A stretch of DNA of 64,000 nucleotides from Thermoplasmata archaeon (GTDB lineage Archaea > Thermoplasmatota > SW-10-69-26 > JACQPN01 > JAJPHT01): the NCBI GenBank assembly GCA_034667685.1, contig JAXDQU010000033.1, positions 1,769 through 65,768 on the forward strand, given 5' to 3'. Within the stretch, counting starts at the first letter, position 1. Each line of letters begins with the position of its first letter. A program made the position numbers and the translations under genes. Below, one piece after another: positions 7,536 to 16,985 of this stretch. The notes below the pieces were generated by a model. It was not told the DNA's origin. It did not search any database and was given only the letters and a program-made list of their open reading frames with translations.

Positions 7536-9152
7536 GTGCGGAGGCTCGTCGTGCTCCTGGCGCTCGCGCTGCTGGCGCCCAGCGTCGCGGCGGTGCCGAG
7601 CCTGCCCCTGGCGCCGCGCGCCGGAGCGCCAGGCGACCCGGGCGGACCGGGGTGCGTGCCGGACGCGACCGGCTTCACCTGCGTCTGGCTCTTCAACGAC
7701 TCCGACCAGATGGCCGACCCCGCGCACCTCGTCTCGGCGGGCGCGCTCCCCTTCTACGAGCTTCCCCTGCCCGCGGAGGCGGCCTACCCGCGCGCGTACG
7801 CCACGGTGCGCGTGAACTTCGCCGGCGAGGACAACGGCTGGTCCGTCGGGTTCGTCGCCGCCGACGCGAACGGCACGCACGGCCTGGGCACCGCGACGCA
7901 CGTCCCCGACCAGGCCACGTCGCCCTCGCACGTCTCGACGAGCACGCACGTCATGGAGGTGTGCGCGGGCTGCCGGATCGCGTTCGAGCTCTGGCCCAGC
8001 GCCAGCGAGCAGATGCGCGACGACCGCACCAACGACACGGCGCCCTCGATGGGCTCGTGGCGCGTGGGCGTGCACGTCGAGCCGCTCCCCCGCGGCGTCC
8101 TCCCGCCTCGCCCCGCCGCGACGCGCGACGACCCGCAGCTCCAGACGAGCGTCCACGTCGCCTCCGAGCCCGACCGCGAGATCCGCGCCGCGTGGCTCGA
8201 CCAGGCCGAGCTGGGCAGCGGGCTCTTCGAGGCGCGCCTCGCGGTGGGCTCGCTCGCGCACGTCGACTTCAACCACACCAACGCCTTCGACTTCCCGACG
8301 AACCGCATCGACTGGGTGCTCTCGTTCAGCGTGCGCGGCACGACGTACAACGTCACGTGGATCGCGCGCGAGTCCGACATGCCCGGCCTCGACTGCGGCC
8401 TCTACGCGGAGGATGGCGCCGAGCGCCTCGTGGCGTCCGTTCCCTGCGCGATGGACGTGCCCAACGCGACGCTCCTGGCGCGCATCCCCGAGCGCAGCGT
8501 CGGCAACCCGCTCCCGCAGGACCTCTTCACCGACATCCGCGCGGCGTCGTACTCGTACCCGAACTCGCCGATCGTCGAGCGATCCGACGCGCTCCATCCC
8601 GGCCTCTACGACCATCCGACGGGGCCGGTGCGCGACGCCGAGGACCAGACGACGGCGGAGGACATGCGCTACGCCTTCGCCCTCGGAGGGCCGGACGTCT
8701 GGCACGCGCTCAACCCGCGCCTCGATCCGCCGGTGGACCTCGTGCGCGCGTGGTACCAGGCGCCGCTCGCGAAGGAGAACCTGCCCAACACGCTGCAGGT
8801 GGTGGGCGCACTGCTCGCGGGCGTCACGTTCCTCGTGGGCGCCTTCGCGGTGCTCGCGCGCCGCCGCCAGATCCGGCGCCACCTCGACCGCATCGACGCC
8901 GTCGAGCGCTCCCCCGCCTTCGGCAGCGCGGACACGCTGCACGAGCTGGGCACGCTGGAGGACGAGTTCGCGCACCAGCTGCGCCGGGGGCGTCTCACCG
9001 AGGCGCAGTTCCAGGTCCTCAGCCAGCGCATCGCGAGCGTCGCGTCGCGCTTCGCCCTGCGCCGCGAGCTGGGCCTCGTGGGCAGCGCCGCGCCGCCCGA
9101 GCGCGTGGTGCGCGTGCCGGTGCAGGACGCGGATTCGTCTAGCGTCCCGTGA
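7536..9152 (+). CDS. Type-I membrane protein: signal peptide, ~400-aa ectodomain, TM helix, cytoplasmic tail with SHOCT-like end (538 aa)
   Basis: GTG start gives MRRLVVLLALALLAPSVAA. Several N-x-S/T sequons. TM span LQVVGALLAGVTFLVGAFAVLA followed by RRRQIRR. Tail contains LRRGRLTEAQFQVLSQRI. Confidence 0.6.
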   Translation: MRRLVVLLALALLAPSVAAVPSLPLAPRAGAPGDPGGPGCVPDATGFTCVWLFNDSDQMADPAHLVSAGALPFYELPLPAEAAYPRAYATVRVNFAGEDNGWSVGFVAADANGTHGLGTATHVPDQATSPSHVSTSTHVMEVCAGCRIAFELWPSASEQMRDDRTNDTAPSMGSWRVGVHVEPLPRGVLPPRPAATRDDPQLQTSVHVASEPDREIRAAWLDQAELGSGLFEARLAVGSLAHVDFNHTNAFDFPTNRIDWVLSFSVRGTTYNVTWIARESDMPGLDCGLYAEDGAERLVASVPCAMDVPNATLLARIPERSVGNPLPQDLFTDIRAASYSYPNSPIVERSDALHPGLYDHPTGPVRDAEDQTTAEDMRYAFALGGPDVWHALNPRLDPPVDLVRAWYQAPLAKENLPNTLQVVGALLAGVTFLVGAFAVLARRRQIRRHLDRIDAVERSPAFGSADTLHELGTLEDEFAHQLRRGRLTEAQFQVLSQRIASVASRFALRRELGLVGSAAPPERVVRVPVQDADSSSVP

Positions 9153-11304
9153 GCTTCACGTGGTTGTCGCGCGGCGAGTACGCCTCGCCCTGCTGCTTCA
9201 AGCGCTCGACGATGGCCTGCACCTTGTCGGGGGCGACGCCTTTCCGCTCGCACTCGGCCACGATCTCCGCATAATCCGCGCCGTGGTCCGTGCCGGCCTC
9301 CAGCGTGCGGATGACCTGCTTCACGATGCCCACGTTGGTGCGCTGCGAGGAGGAGACGCCGCTGGCGACCATGTCGATGTCCATGATGCCGCCCTCGCCG
9401 CCGCCGATCTTGCGCATGTAGTACTCGAAGATCTGGACGGCGCGGTCGGTGTCCTCGGCGCTGACCTCGTTCGCCAGGCGCACGCGCGCGCTCGCCTCCG
9501 AGAGGCGCACGAGCGCTTCGAGCTGACGCGCGGTGAGCGGGATGGCCTTGCTGTCCTCGGCGCTCCCCTGCCGGCGCAGGTCCACGTAGTACGCCGCGAG
9601 CTTGTCGCGCGCCTCCTCCGAGAGGACGGGGTGGCAGGAGCGCTTCGTGAACGCGACGTACTTGCGCAGGAAGTCCTTGGGGACCGGCGGCGCCGTGCGC
9701 GCCAGGAGCGCCGTGACCTCCTCCTCCGTGTACACGCTGTCCTCGTGGCGGATCTGCTCGAGCATGGCTCCGCCGCGGTGGACGTTGAGGATGAACTTGG
9801 CGAGCAGCGCGTCGCGGCCCGCGTCGGGCTGGTCGCGCAGGATGAAGATGACGTCGAAACGTGATAGCAGGGCGGGCGGGAAGTTGATCTGCTCCGCGAT
9901 GCTCGCGAATTCGTCGAAGCGGCCCATCTTCGGGTTGGCGGCGCCCAGCACGCTGCAGCGCGATTGCAGCGTGGCCGTGATGCCGGCCTTGGCGACGCTG
10001 ATCGACTGCTGCTCCATGCCTTCGTGCATGCTGCTCTGGTCGTTCTTGTCCATCTTGTCGATCTCGTCCACGCAGAGCAGGCCGCGGTCGGCGAGCACCA
10101 TGGCGCCCGCCTCCAGCGTCCAGCGCCCGTCGCCGAAGTCGTCCTTCACGGCCGCGGCGGTGAGGCCGGCGCCCGACGACGACTTGCCCGACGTGTAGAT
10201 GCCGCGGGGCGCCAGGCCGCTCATGTACCGGATGAGCTGCGACTTGGCGACGCCCGGGTCACCCACGAGCAGGACGTGGATGTCGCCGCGCAGGCGCGTC
10301 TTGTCGGGGAGCTTCTTCTCGACGCCGCCGAAGAGCTGGAGCAGCAGCGTCAGCTTCTCCATCTCCAGGCCGAAGAGCGTGGGGGCGATGCTGTTGCGCA
10401 GCTTGACGTAGACCTCCGGATCGCGCGCGAAGAGCTTGATCTGCTCCTCTTCCTCCTCGGTCGTCTCGATCTCCTCGAACTCCTGCTCGTGCTTCTCCAC
10501 GGAGTTCGTCTCGACGAAGATCTCGAAGAGCGTGCTCTTCACGCCGTGGTCCTTCTTCACGTTGCAGCGGAGCACGCCGTTGATGGTGATGCGCTCGCCG
10601 GGGCGCAGGATGCCGCAGAGGTCGTCCTCGCAGAAGAGGTTCAGGCGCTGGGGCTGCTCGCCGCCGCGCATGTTCTCCGGCGCCTCCTGGATCTCGATCT
10701 TCTGCGTGTCGACGAACTTGGAGGCCTGGCCGCGCGTCTCCGCGACGATGAGCTTGAAGGTGCTGTCACGGCCGCAGCCGCCCTGGTCCTCGTAGCACTC
10801 CAGGGGCTCCTTCAGGACGAGGTGCTCCTCCTGCGGCTCCTTGATGAACGCGCCGCAGCGCCCGCACTGGAAGACCGCGTCCTGGAGCTTCGGGCGGACC
10901 TCCGTGCTCTTCTTCACGAGCCCCTTGACCGCGACCATGCGGCCCAGGTGCTCGGCGCGGAGGTCGCGCACGTCGATGGTGCTGGTCGCCGGCAGGTGCT
11001 CGACGCGCACGTGGAGCTTCGGCCGGGGCTCGGCGGGGACGTCGACGGACTTCAGCGCCTCCTCCGCCTGCACGAGCGTCTCCAGCGGATGCGTGAGGAG
11101 CCGCTCCGCGAGCTTGCTGTCGTGCTTGTCGAGGTCGTACCAGTCGACGACGAGGCTGCGCTTCTGCGGCCAGCCGAGCACGGCCTCGTTGATCTGCTCA
11201 CGGCAGTACTTCTTGAAGAAGCGCTCCCACGACTTCACCTGCGGCTCGTCGCCGGTCGCAACGATGCCGGACTCGACTTCAGGGGGCGGCGACATCGGGA
11301 CCAT
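9139..11304 (-). CDS. mcm: MCM (minichromosome maintenance) replicative helicase
   Basis: 721 aa. Zn-finger CGRCGAF...CYEDQGGCG, Walker A GDPGVAKS, Walker B LLCVDEIDKM, arginine-finger region SRFD, C-terminal wHTH-like tail. Archaeal-type size and layout. Confidence 0.95.
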   Translation of the reverse strand: MVPMSPPPEVESGIVATGDEPQVKSWERFFKKYCREQINEAVLGWPQKRSLVVDWYDLDKHDSKLAERLLTHPLETLVQAEEALKSVDVPAEPRPKLHVRVEHLPATSTIDVRDLRAEHLGRMVAVKGLVKKSTEVRPKLQDAVFQCGRCGAFIKEPQEEHLVLKEPLECYEDQGGCGRDSTFKLIVAETRGQASKFVDTQKIEIQEAPENMRGGEQPQRLNLFCEDDLCGILRPGERITINGVLRCNVKKDHGVKSTLFEIFVETNSVEKHEQEFEEIETTEEEEEQIKLFARDPEVYVKLRNSIAPTLFGLEMEKLTLLLQLFGGVEKKLPDKTRLRGDIHVLLVGDPGVAKSQLIRYMSGLAPRGIYTSGKSSSGAGLTAAAVKDDFGDGRWTLEAGAMVLADRGLLCVDEIDKMDKNDQSSMHEGMEQQSISVAKAGITATLQSRCSVLGAANPKMGRFDEFASIAEQINFPPALLSRFDVIFILRDQPDAGRDALLAKFILNVHRGGAMLEQIRHEDSVYTEEEVTALLARTAPPVPKDFLRKYVAFTKRSCHPVLSEEARDKLAAYYVDLRRQGSAEDSKAIPLTARQLEALVRLSEASARVRLANEVSAEDTDRAVQIFEYYMRKIGGGEGGIMDIDMVASGVSSSQRTNVGIVKQVIRTLEAGTDHGADYAEIVAECERKGVAPDKVQAIVERLKQQGEAYSPRDNHVKLTGR

Positions 11305-11446
11305 CCACGAACGCGCTGGATCACTTGACCCTTCTGCGGAAATCAGGCACCGTCCGCTCCAGACATGGGATTCCCCTGCGGAGAGGTGCCCGAAAGTGTA
11401 ACGGCACGCGGTGGAGCGGAAGCCAGGGGGAGGGGGTTGTCCGCCC

Positions 11447-11528
11447 GGCTCAGGACTCTGGACTCAGGACTCTGGGCTCAGGGCTCCGGAGCCTTGAGCC
11501 CAGAGTCCTGAGCCCAGAGTCCTGAGCC
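11447..11528. repeat. 82-nt near-perfect palindrome built from inverted triplets of a 15-nt unit (CTCAGGACTCTGGRC-like)
   Basis: Positions i and 22975-i pair across 11447-11528, with mismatches only at 11462/11513 and 11481/11494. The centre is GGCTCCGGAGCC (11482-11493). Units start at 11449, 11464 and 11479 and are mirrored on the right arm. It lies between mcm (-) and the DUF72 gene (+). Confidence 0.85.
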
Positions 11529-11575
11529 CGAAAGTCTCCACCTGCTCCATCGGAAACGCTCCGGGCAGGCTGCAC

Positions 11576-11583
11576 GCTTATCC
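11576..11583 (+). promoter_or_regulatory. TATA-like GCTTATCC upstream of DUF72 gene
   Basis: A/T island 43 nt upstream of GTG 11626. The same GCTTATC/CCTTATC core recurs upstream of the two tandem paralogs (18844, 20787). Confidence 0.3.
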
Positions 11584-11625
11584 CCGCGTCGACCCGTACG
11601 AGAAGGTGGTGTCGCGCTGATCCGC

Positions 11626-12504
11626 GTGGGCATGTCCGGCTGGAGCTACCCCGAGTGGGTCGGCCCCTTCTACCCCGTCTCGCTGCGCGGCGAGCCGTCG
11701 GCCTGGCTGGCCCACTACGCGCGCCACTTCCGCGCCGTGGAGATCAACAGCACCTTCTACGCGATGCCGGGCGAGGAGCTGGTCGCCTCGTGGGCCCGGC
11801 AGGGCGTGCAGCTCCTGGAGCGCGGGCCCTTCGAGTTCTCGCTCAAGCTGCCTCGTGACGTGACGCACCGTGCGCTGCCCCAGGGCGACCGCGACGCCGC
11901 GCGCGAGCTGACCGGCCGCTTCGACCGCGAGGTGCTCGACCCGCTCGCCGGCGAGGGGCTCCTGGGCGCGGTACTCGTGCAGCTTCCGCCGCGCCTCCCG
12001 CCCACGCCGCCCGTGGTGCGCGCGCTCCAGGACGTGGTCGCGGCGCTCGCCGAGCGCGCCATCGCCGTCGAGGTGCGCGACGGCGCCTGGCTCGACCACG
12101 GCGTGCTCGTCGAGGCCGCGCAGCCGGCGTTCGGGCGCGACGTCGCGCTCGTGCAGTGGAGCGGCGGCGCCTCGGCCGATCCGCGCGACGCGCCCCGCGC
12201 GCCGACACCCGCCTCGCACGCGTACATCCGCTTCCACGGCCGCAAGTTCGACCCCGAGGACGCGCGACCGCATGACGAGGAGGGGGCGCGCTACGACCAC
12301 CTTTACGCGCCCGAGGACCTGCGTCCGTGGGCCGAGCACGCGCGCCGCCTCGCGCAGGACGGCCGCGACGTCCGCGTCTTCTTCAACAACACGACGCACG
12401 CCAAGGGCACGCGCAACGCGATGGAGCTCCTGGAGATGCTGGGTCAGGCGCCCGCGGGGCTCGCGAAGCCGCGCCTCACGGAGCAGACGCGCCTGGAGGT
12501 CTGA
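11626..12504 (+). CDS. DUF72 (UPF0759/YecE-like) family protein
   Basis: Family-like motifs GMSGWSYPEWVGPFYP, VEINSTFY, FEFSLKLPRDVTH and VFFNN. GTG at 11626 or ATG at 11632. Confidence 0.9.
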   Translation: MGMSGWSYPEWVGPFYPVSLRGEPSAWLAHYARHFRAVEINSTFYAMPGEELVASWARQGVQLLERGPFEFSLKLPRDVTHRALPQGDRDAARELTGRFDREVLDPLAGEGLLGAVLVQLPPRLPPTPPVVRALQDVVAALAERAIAVEVRDGAWLDHGVLVEAAQPAFGRDVALVQWSGGASADPRDAPRAPTPASHAYIRFHGRKFDPEDARPHDEEGARYDHLYAPEDLRPWAEHARRLAQDGRDVRVFFNNTTHAKGTRNAMELLEMLGQAPAGLAKPRLTEQTRLEV

Positions 12505-13825
12505 CGTCCTCGCCGGTCGGGCTGCGCGAGGCGGCCACGATCGTCCCGTCGGCCACGTCCACGTCGCGCAGCTCGTACGCGTCCCCCGGGCGCGGGCCGG
12601 CCGGGTCCCAGTCGGAGGGATCGCAGTCGAAGCCCGGCACCGGAGGCGCGCCCGGCCCGAGGGCATCGCCGCACCACTCCGAGGCGTAGGACGCGCCGCC
12701 GGGGACGCGGTCGGGCAGGGGTCCCACGTGCGCCTCGAAGGTCCATGCGTCCTGCGGGAGCGGCGCGTCGAGGCCGCCGCCCTGCTCGCGCATGCGCGGC
12801 AGCGGGCCGGCGTCGAGCGCGGGCATCGCGCCGGGCCGCGCGCTCCAGCCTCCGGGCGCCAGCGCGGGACGGTCGCGGCCGGCGGGCAGCGCGCCATCGA
12901 GCGCCGCGAGCGGGCCGAGGAGCTCCGGCGCGCCCAGCCCGCCGGGCACGCCGCACCCCGAGGGGCCGAGCGTCTCGCAATCGAGGCGCGACTGCGGCGC
13001 GTAGGCGAACACGACGTCGGGCGCGGTGCGGGCGCGTTGGGCGCCGCGCGTCTCCGCCGCCGCGAGGAGCGCGTACGGATCGCCCGTCGCCTCGGGCAGC
13101 GGCGAGGCGGGCGCGTCGAGGTCCGCGGGCCCGCCGCGCCAGAGCGGCGCCAACGCGTCGAGGGGCGGCGGCGCGCCCGCGAGGCACGTCGCCGCGTCGA
13201 GCAGGCCGCCCGTGTGCCGCGCGTGCGCCGCGTCGGGATAACCGTCGGGCCCGCCGCAGAACGCCGGCATCGTGGCGCCGGGCGCGACGTGGTCGCCCCA
13301 GACGCGCGCCTCGGGGTCCTCGATGACGCGCAGGTCCGGCTCGGTGCCCCGCGGCGGCACGGGCTCGAGGGGAAGCAGCTCCGTGACCCAGCCGTCGCCA
13401 TCGTGAACGGCGGGATGGTTCGCCGGAAAGCTGGGGCAGAGCCGCGGGTCGACCGGGAATCCCGCGGCGGCCGAGGCCTGCGCCGCATACTCGCGCAACG
13501 CACCGTCGGCGAGCCCGACGTACCCGTCGCGGTTGCAATCCACCCAGACGCCGAGGATCGCGACGAACCCCTCGACGGGCTCGGCGGCGACGCGGCTGCC
13601 CAGCGTCGCGGAGTTGGGCGAAGGCCCCGCGCCCCCGACCTGCTCGACGGCGGCCACGTTGAAGTAGACGCGATCCAAGGCATCGCCGGGCGGACCCGCC
13701 CACATCAGGCCCCCCTCGCGGTCGGCGGGCGTGTCGGGCTCCAGGCTCCCGTACGCGCCCCACGTCGCGCCGGCCGAAGGGATCGCGAGCAGCGCGGCGA
13801 GGAGGAGCGGAAGGAATCGTCGCAT
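12476..13825 (-). CDS. Secreted Cys-rich protein, divergent paralog 1 of a three-member family (449 aa)
   Basis: ATG at 13825 gives MRRFLPLLLAALLAIPSAGA. Shares blocks with 16986-18773 and 18952-20712: WGAYGSLEPD, SPNSATLGSR, VWVDCNRDGYVGLADGALREY, SEWC...GFDCDPSDW, GDAYELRDVDV. Confidence 0.7.
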   Translation of the reverse strand: MRRFLPLLLAALLAIPSAGATWGAYGSLEPDTPADREGGLMWAGPPGDALDRVYFNVAAVEQVGGAGPSPNSATLGSRVAAEPVEGFVAILGVWVDCNRDGYVGLADGALREYAAQASAAAGFPVDPRLCPSFPANHPAVHDGDGWVTELLPLEPVPPRGTEPDLRVIEDPEARVWGDHVAPGATMPAFCGGPDGYPDAAHARHTGGLLDAATCLAGAPPPLDALAPLWRGGPADLDAPASPLPEATGDPYALLAAAETRGAQRARTAPDVVFAYAPQSRLDCETLGPSGCGVPGGLGAPELLGPLAALDGALPAGRDRPALAPGGWSARPGAMPALDAGPLPRMREQGGGLDAPLPQDAWTFEAHVGPLPDRVPGGASYASEWCGDALGPGAPPVPGFDCDPSDWDPAGPRPGDAYELRDVDVADGTIVAASRSPTGEDVRPPGASAP

Positions 13826-13849
13826 CGGCCGCGCGGGCGCCTCGCACGT

Positions 13850-13855
13850 GATATC
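13850..13855 (-). promoter_or_regulatory. TATA-like GATATC about 25 nt upstream of ATG 13825 (leaderless-type spacing)
   Basis: Minus strand reads aaaGGATATCAcgtgcgaggcgcccgcgcggccgATG. This is the only A/T island in the 77-nt divergent gap. Confidence 0.35.
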
Positions 13856-13902
13856 CTTTGCCCCCGAGGGCGCGACGCGGCGCCCACCGCCGGCCAAGGA
13901 CG

Positions 13903-14829
13903 ATGCCCCCGCGCGCCGCCCCAGCCACGGTGAACAACCTGAACCGAATCAACGCCATCCTGACGACCGCCGCGCTCCTCGCGCTCGCCGCCGGCCCCGC
14001 CCTCGCGCAGCCTGACGACGACGCGCCGCCCGTCCTTCCCGCCGCCTGCGAGGCCACGCTGCGCGCGCTCCACGCGGAGTTCACCGCCCACCGCGCGACG
14101 CTTCCGCCCGCCGCGGCCGCGCTCGCCCTCCAGACGCGCGCCGGCCCCGCGTGCGGCTTCGACCTGACCGGCCGCACGCCCACCACCGCGAACGAGACCG
14201 CCCTGCGGCGCTTCGTCGAGGGCCTGGGCGATGCGCGGCGCGAGAAGGGCCCCGGCGACCTGAGCGACCTCGTGCCCGGCTCGCCCGACCTGCCCGACCC
14301 CACGCGCCTCGTGGGCGGCACGCCCGACCCGCGCACCGGCGCCATCCCCACCGACGGCCCCGCCGTGGGCGACGCCACCCGCGAGGTCGTCCCCTGCTCC
14401 ATGAGCGGCAGCGGCCCCGGCACGCTCACCGCCACCATCCTGGGCATCGCGTGGCCCTTCACCGCGGCCCAAGGCGCGTGGCAGGCGCCCGGCGGCGTGA
14501 AGGAGGTCAGCGGCGCGACGACGGGGGTGAGCGGGGACCAGAGCTCGCTCGCCGGCTCCATCGTCTTCGCCGCGCTCCCGATCAGCTCGGTCGGCGAGCC
14601 CTCCATCTCGTGCCTGAAGATCACGACTGTCACCGGCGTGGACGAGGGGTGTGACGCGGGCTGGCTCGTCACGCCGATCTGGGGCCATGTCGGAGCCCAC
14701 TGCCACCAGACGGTGGAGACGGCGTCCAAAATTCAGCCCTGCGGAGCGGCCGTTAGCCAGAGCGCCATCGGCAGCCTCATCTTGGCGACCCACGCTTACA
14801 AAGTCGCGAACCCGCCCGAGGGTTGTTAG
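13903..14829 (+). CDS. Secreted hypothetical protein (308 aa; alternative GTG start 13930)
   Basis: Signal-like NRINAILTTAALLALAAGPALAQP. Pro/Thr-rich middle. Cys-containing C-terminal domain ending ...NPPEGC. Confidence 0.5.
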   Translation: MPPRAAPATVNNLNRINAILTTAALLALAAGPALAQPDDDAPPVLPAACEATLRALHAEFTAHRATLPPAAAALALQTRAGPACGFDLTGRTPTTANETALRRFVEGLGDARREKGPGDLSDLVPGSPDLPDPTRLVGGTPDPRTGAIPTDGPAVGDATREVVPCSMSGSGPGTLTATILGIAWPFTAAQGAWQAPGGVKEVSGATTGVSGDQSSLAGSIVFAALPISSVGEPSISCLKITTVTGVDEGCDAGWLVTPIWGHVGAHCHQTVETASKIQPCGAAVSQSAIGSLILATHAYKVANPPEGC

Positions 14830-14844
14830 CTGCGGGAGGAAAGT

Positions 14845-15771
14845 GTGCGCCTCGTCATCCTGTTGGCAGCCCTCTCGCTCTCGGGATGCCTGAGCGTGCC
14901 GCCCACGGTCCCCGCGGCCCGGAGCTTCACCATCGACGATGCTGGACATCGCGCCGAGGTCGCTCCGCGCATCGCGTTCGAGTCCAACGAAAGCAACGGC
15001 AGCGCGGCGTGGCGCGTCGATTCGCCAAGCGCCCTGGGCATCCTTGGCTCCTTCAACGCGACGCGGTCCTCGGAAGCCCAGGCGACGCGCGTGCTCACGT
15101 TCCTGCACGACGGAGCCGTCGACGACGTGCTGCCGGGCGGGCTGAGCTTCCCGGGGCTCACGGGCGGCGATCACGTCGCCGCGCGCCTCGAAGCCGCGAA
15201 CCAGTCCGTGGGGCACGACGCGGGGCACGTGGGCGACGTGGCGGCGCGGCGCGAGGCGGTCGTGTTCCAGGCGTTCCCGGCGGCTCACGCCGGGTGGCTG
15301 GTGGCGCTCTGGTCGAACCAGGCGGAGCCGGTGCGGCTCGACGTGTCGCTGCCGCCCGACGCGGTCGTCTCGCCCGTCGAGACGGGGCCGGTCGTGGTGG
15401 GCGAGGAGGCGGACTTCCACGGCGGCGCGGCGCTCGTGACGCCCGCGGCCGGGGCGATCCGCGGCGCGACGTTCCCCCTGTCCGCGCCGACGCTGACGAT
15501 GATCGAGCTGGTGCGCGCGCCGGGGCAGCACGGGGCGTTGGAGGCGCGGCTCGCGCATGGCGCGCACGCGATGTCGCTCGACCAGCCCGCGGACCACGCC
15601 ACGCGCTACACGTTGGCGATGGCGTGGGCCGCGTCGGCCTCGGGCTCGCTGGTCCTCGACCAGTCGGGCGAGCAGGCCGAGGGCGACGTGTTCGTCCTGA
15701 GCGCGCGGGCGCCCGCGGGGCTCGACCTCGCGCAGGACCTGTGGGCCGAGAGCGAGACCGACTTCGGCTGA
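14845..15771 (+). CDS. Lipoprotein-like secreted protein (308 aa)
   Basis: GTG at 14845, 15 nt after the upstream stop, preceded by GGGAGGAAAG. N-terminus MRLVILLAALSLSGC (lipobox-like). Confidence 0.6.
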   Translation: MRLVILLAALSLSGCLSVPPTVPAARSFTIDDAGHRAEVAPRIAFESNESNGSAAWRVDSPSALGILGSFNATRSSEAQATRVLTFLHDGAVDDVLPGGLSFPGLTGGDHVAARLEAANQSVGHDAGHVGDVAARREAVVFQAFPAAHAGWLVALWSNQAEPVRLDVSLPPDAVVSPVETGPVVVGEEADFHGGAALVTPAAGAIRGATFPLSAPTLTMIELVRAPGQHGALEARLAHGAHAMSLDQPADHATRYTLAMAWAASASGSLVLDQSGEQAEGDVFVLSARAPAGLDLAQDLWAESETDFG

Positions 15772-15804
15772 GCGTCGAGGCCGCCGCATCCGGTGCGCGC
15801 GGGC

Positions 15805-16188
15805 TCAGTCGCCCTCGGCGAATCCGATCCGCACGGCCCACGCGCCAAGCGCCAGGTGGGCCACGTTCTCCGCCAACTCCAGGTGGAGGCCCACGAGCGG
15901 GCCGAGGCCGAAGAGGCGGCCGCTGAGGAATCCCAACGTCGCGAGGCCGAGCAGCGCGACGCCCGTCCAGCCCGCGGCGGGGCGCGAGACGCGCTCGGGG
16001 ACGAGGCCCGTGGCGAAGGCGATCGCAAGGAGCGCCAGCGCGCCGTGGAGGATATCACCGGCGCGGTCGAAGCCCCAGTAGCCGCCAAGCTGGACCGCGC
16101 GGTGGATCGACTCGAGCCAGACGCCCAGCGCGGTGAGCGCGACGAGGAGCAGCGCGGAGGCGCGCCAGAAGAGGAGGTCGCCGCGCAT
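15805..16188 (-). CDS. Small 4-TM membrane protein (127 aa), possibly DUF4383-like
   Basis: ATG at 16188 (MRGDLLFWRASALLLVALTALGVW...). Four hydrophobic spans. Repeated motif D/N-x-x-H-x-A-L-G/A (GDILHGALALLA; ENVAHLALGAWA). Sits 4 nt downstream of the wHTH gene stop. Confidence 0.55.
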   Translation of the reverse strand: MRGDLLFWRASALLLVALTALGVWLESIHRAVQLGGYWGFDRAGDILHGALALLAIAFATGLVPERVSRPAAGWTGVALLGLATLGFLSGRLFGLGPLVGLHLELAENVAHLALGAWAVRIGFAEGD

Positions 16189-16192
16189 GGTC

Positions 16193-16930
16193 TCACGCCA
16201 GCGGGGGGACGTCGAGCGCGTAGCGGCGCGGCGCGAGCAGATGCGCGCGGCACGGCCCGCGGGCATGGCCTTCCAGGAATCCTTCGACGAGGCCCGCGAG
16301 GAGCGCCAACGCGCGCGCGTCGGGCGTCTCGGGCAGCGCGGCGCCCGGCTCCGCCTCCAGGCGCGCGGCCTCGAGGTCGAGCCGGAGCGGGCGGGCGAGG
16401 CCCTCGCGCTCCAGGATCGTCGCGATCGCGCCGACGGCCTCGCGCGCGCTCGCCGCCGCCAGGGGCGGATTCGCCAGCGCGCCGAGCCTGCGCGCCTGCG
16501 CGCGAAGCGCGTCCTCGCCCACGTCCGCGGGCGCGGCGGCCAGCGCGTCGAGGGCGATCGCGAGCGGCACGCGCGTGGCGAGGGGCGAGGTCGCCACGTA
16601 CTGCTTGACGGCGGTGCGAAGCTGCTCGACAGGCAGGTTGGAGGAGCCGATGCGCTTCGCGCGCAGGCGGTAGATCTTCTTGCGCTTGTCCGTGGGGTGC
16701 GCGATCTCCTCCACGAGGCGCTGCTGGAGAAGCTCTTTCATGTGGACGCTGGAGAGCGTCGGCTTCGCCTTGCGCGTGAGCTTCACCAGCTCGGGGAGCT
16801 GGCGGTCCTTCTTCGCCAGCGCGTTGAGGATCTGGCGGCGCACCTCGTTGGTCACCGCGACGTAGCCCGACTCCGTCTGGTAGATGTCGAAGTCGCTGCT
16901 GGGCACAGGCTGGGGGAACGTTCGTTGCAA
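16193..16930 (-). CDS. ArsR/TrmB-like winged-helix transcriptional regulator with C-terminal ligand-type domain (245 aa)
   Basis: TTG start at 16930 (GTG nine codons in is an alternative). HTH region VRRQILNALAKKDRQLPELVKLTRKAKPTLSSVHMKELLQQRLVEE...KRKKIYRL. Confidence 0.65.
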   Translation of the reverse strand: MQRTFPQPVPSSDFDIYQTESGYVAVTNEVRRQILNALAKKDRQLPELVKLTRKAKPTLSSVHMKELLQQRLVEEIAHPTDKRKKIYRLRAKRIGSSNLPVEQLRTAVKQYVATSPLATRVPLAIALDALAAAPADVGEDALRAQARRLGALANPPLAAASAREAVGAIATILEREGLARPLRLDLEAARLEAEPGAALPETPDARALALLAGLVEGFLEGHARGPCRAHLLAPRRYALDVPPLA

Positions 16931-16941
16931 AATGAACGTTT

Positions 16942-16972
16942 GCGGGCGGCGCGCCCGAAGGGCGCCGCCCGC
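16942..16972 (-). terminator. GC-rich hairpin plus T4 downstream of paralog 2
   Basis: GCGGGCGGCGC (16942-16952) pairs with GCGCCGCCCGC (16962-16972). On the minus strand the hairpin is followed by aaacgttcaTTTTg. Confidence 0.45.
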
Positions 16973-16985
16973 CTGGAAGGATCGC

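Noticed and set aside
11447-11528. Replication origin (ORB-like inverted repeats next to mcm), or a CRISPR-like array because of the tandem 15-mers.
   Set aside because: There is no A/T-rich unwinding element, and no orc1/cdc6 gene is nearby. The repeats are contiguous with no spacers, and no cas genes are present. I kept it as an unexplained palindrome instead.
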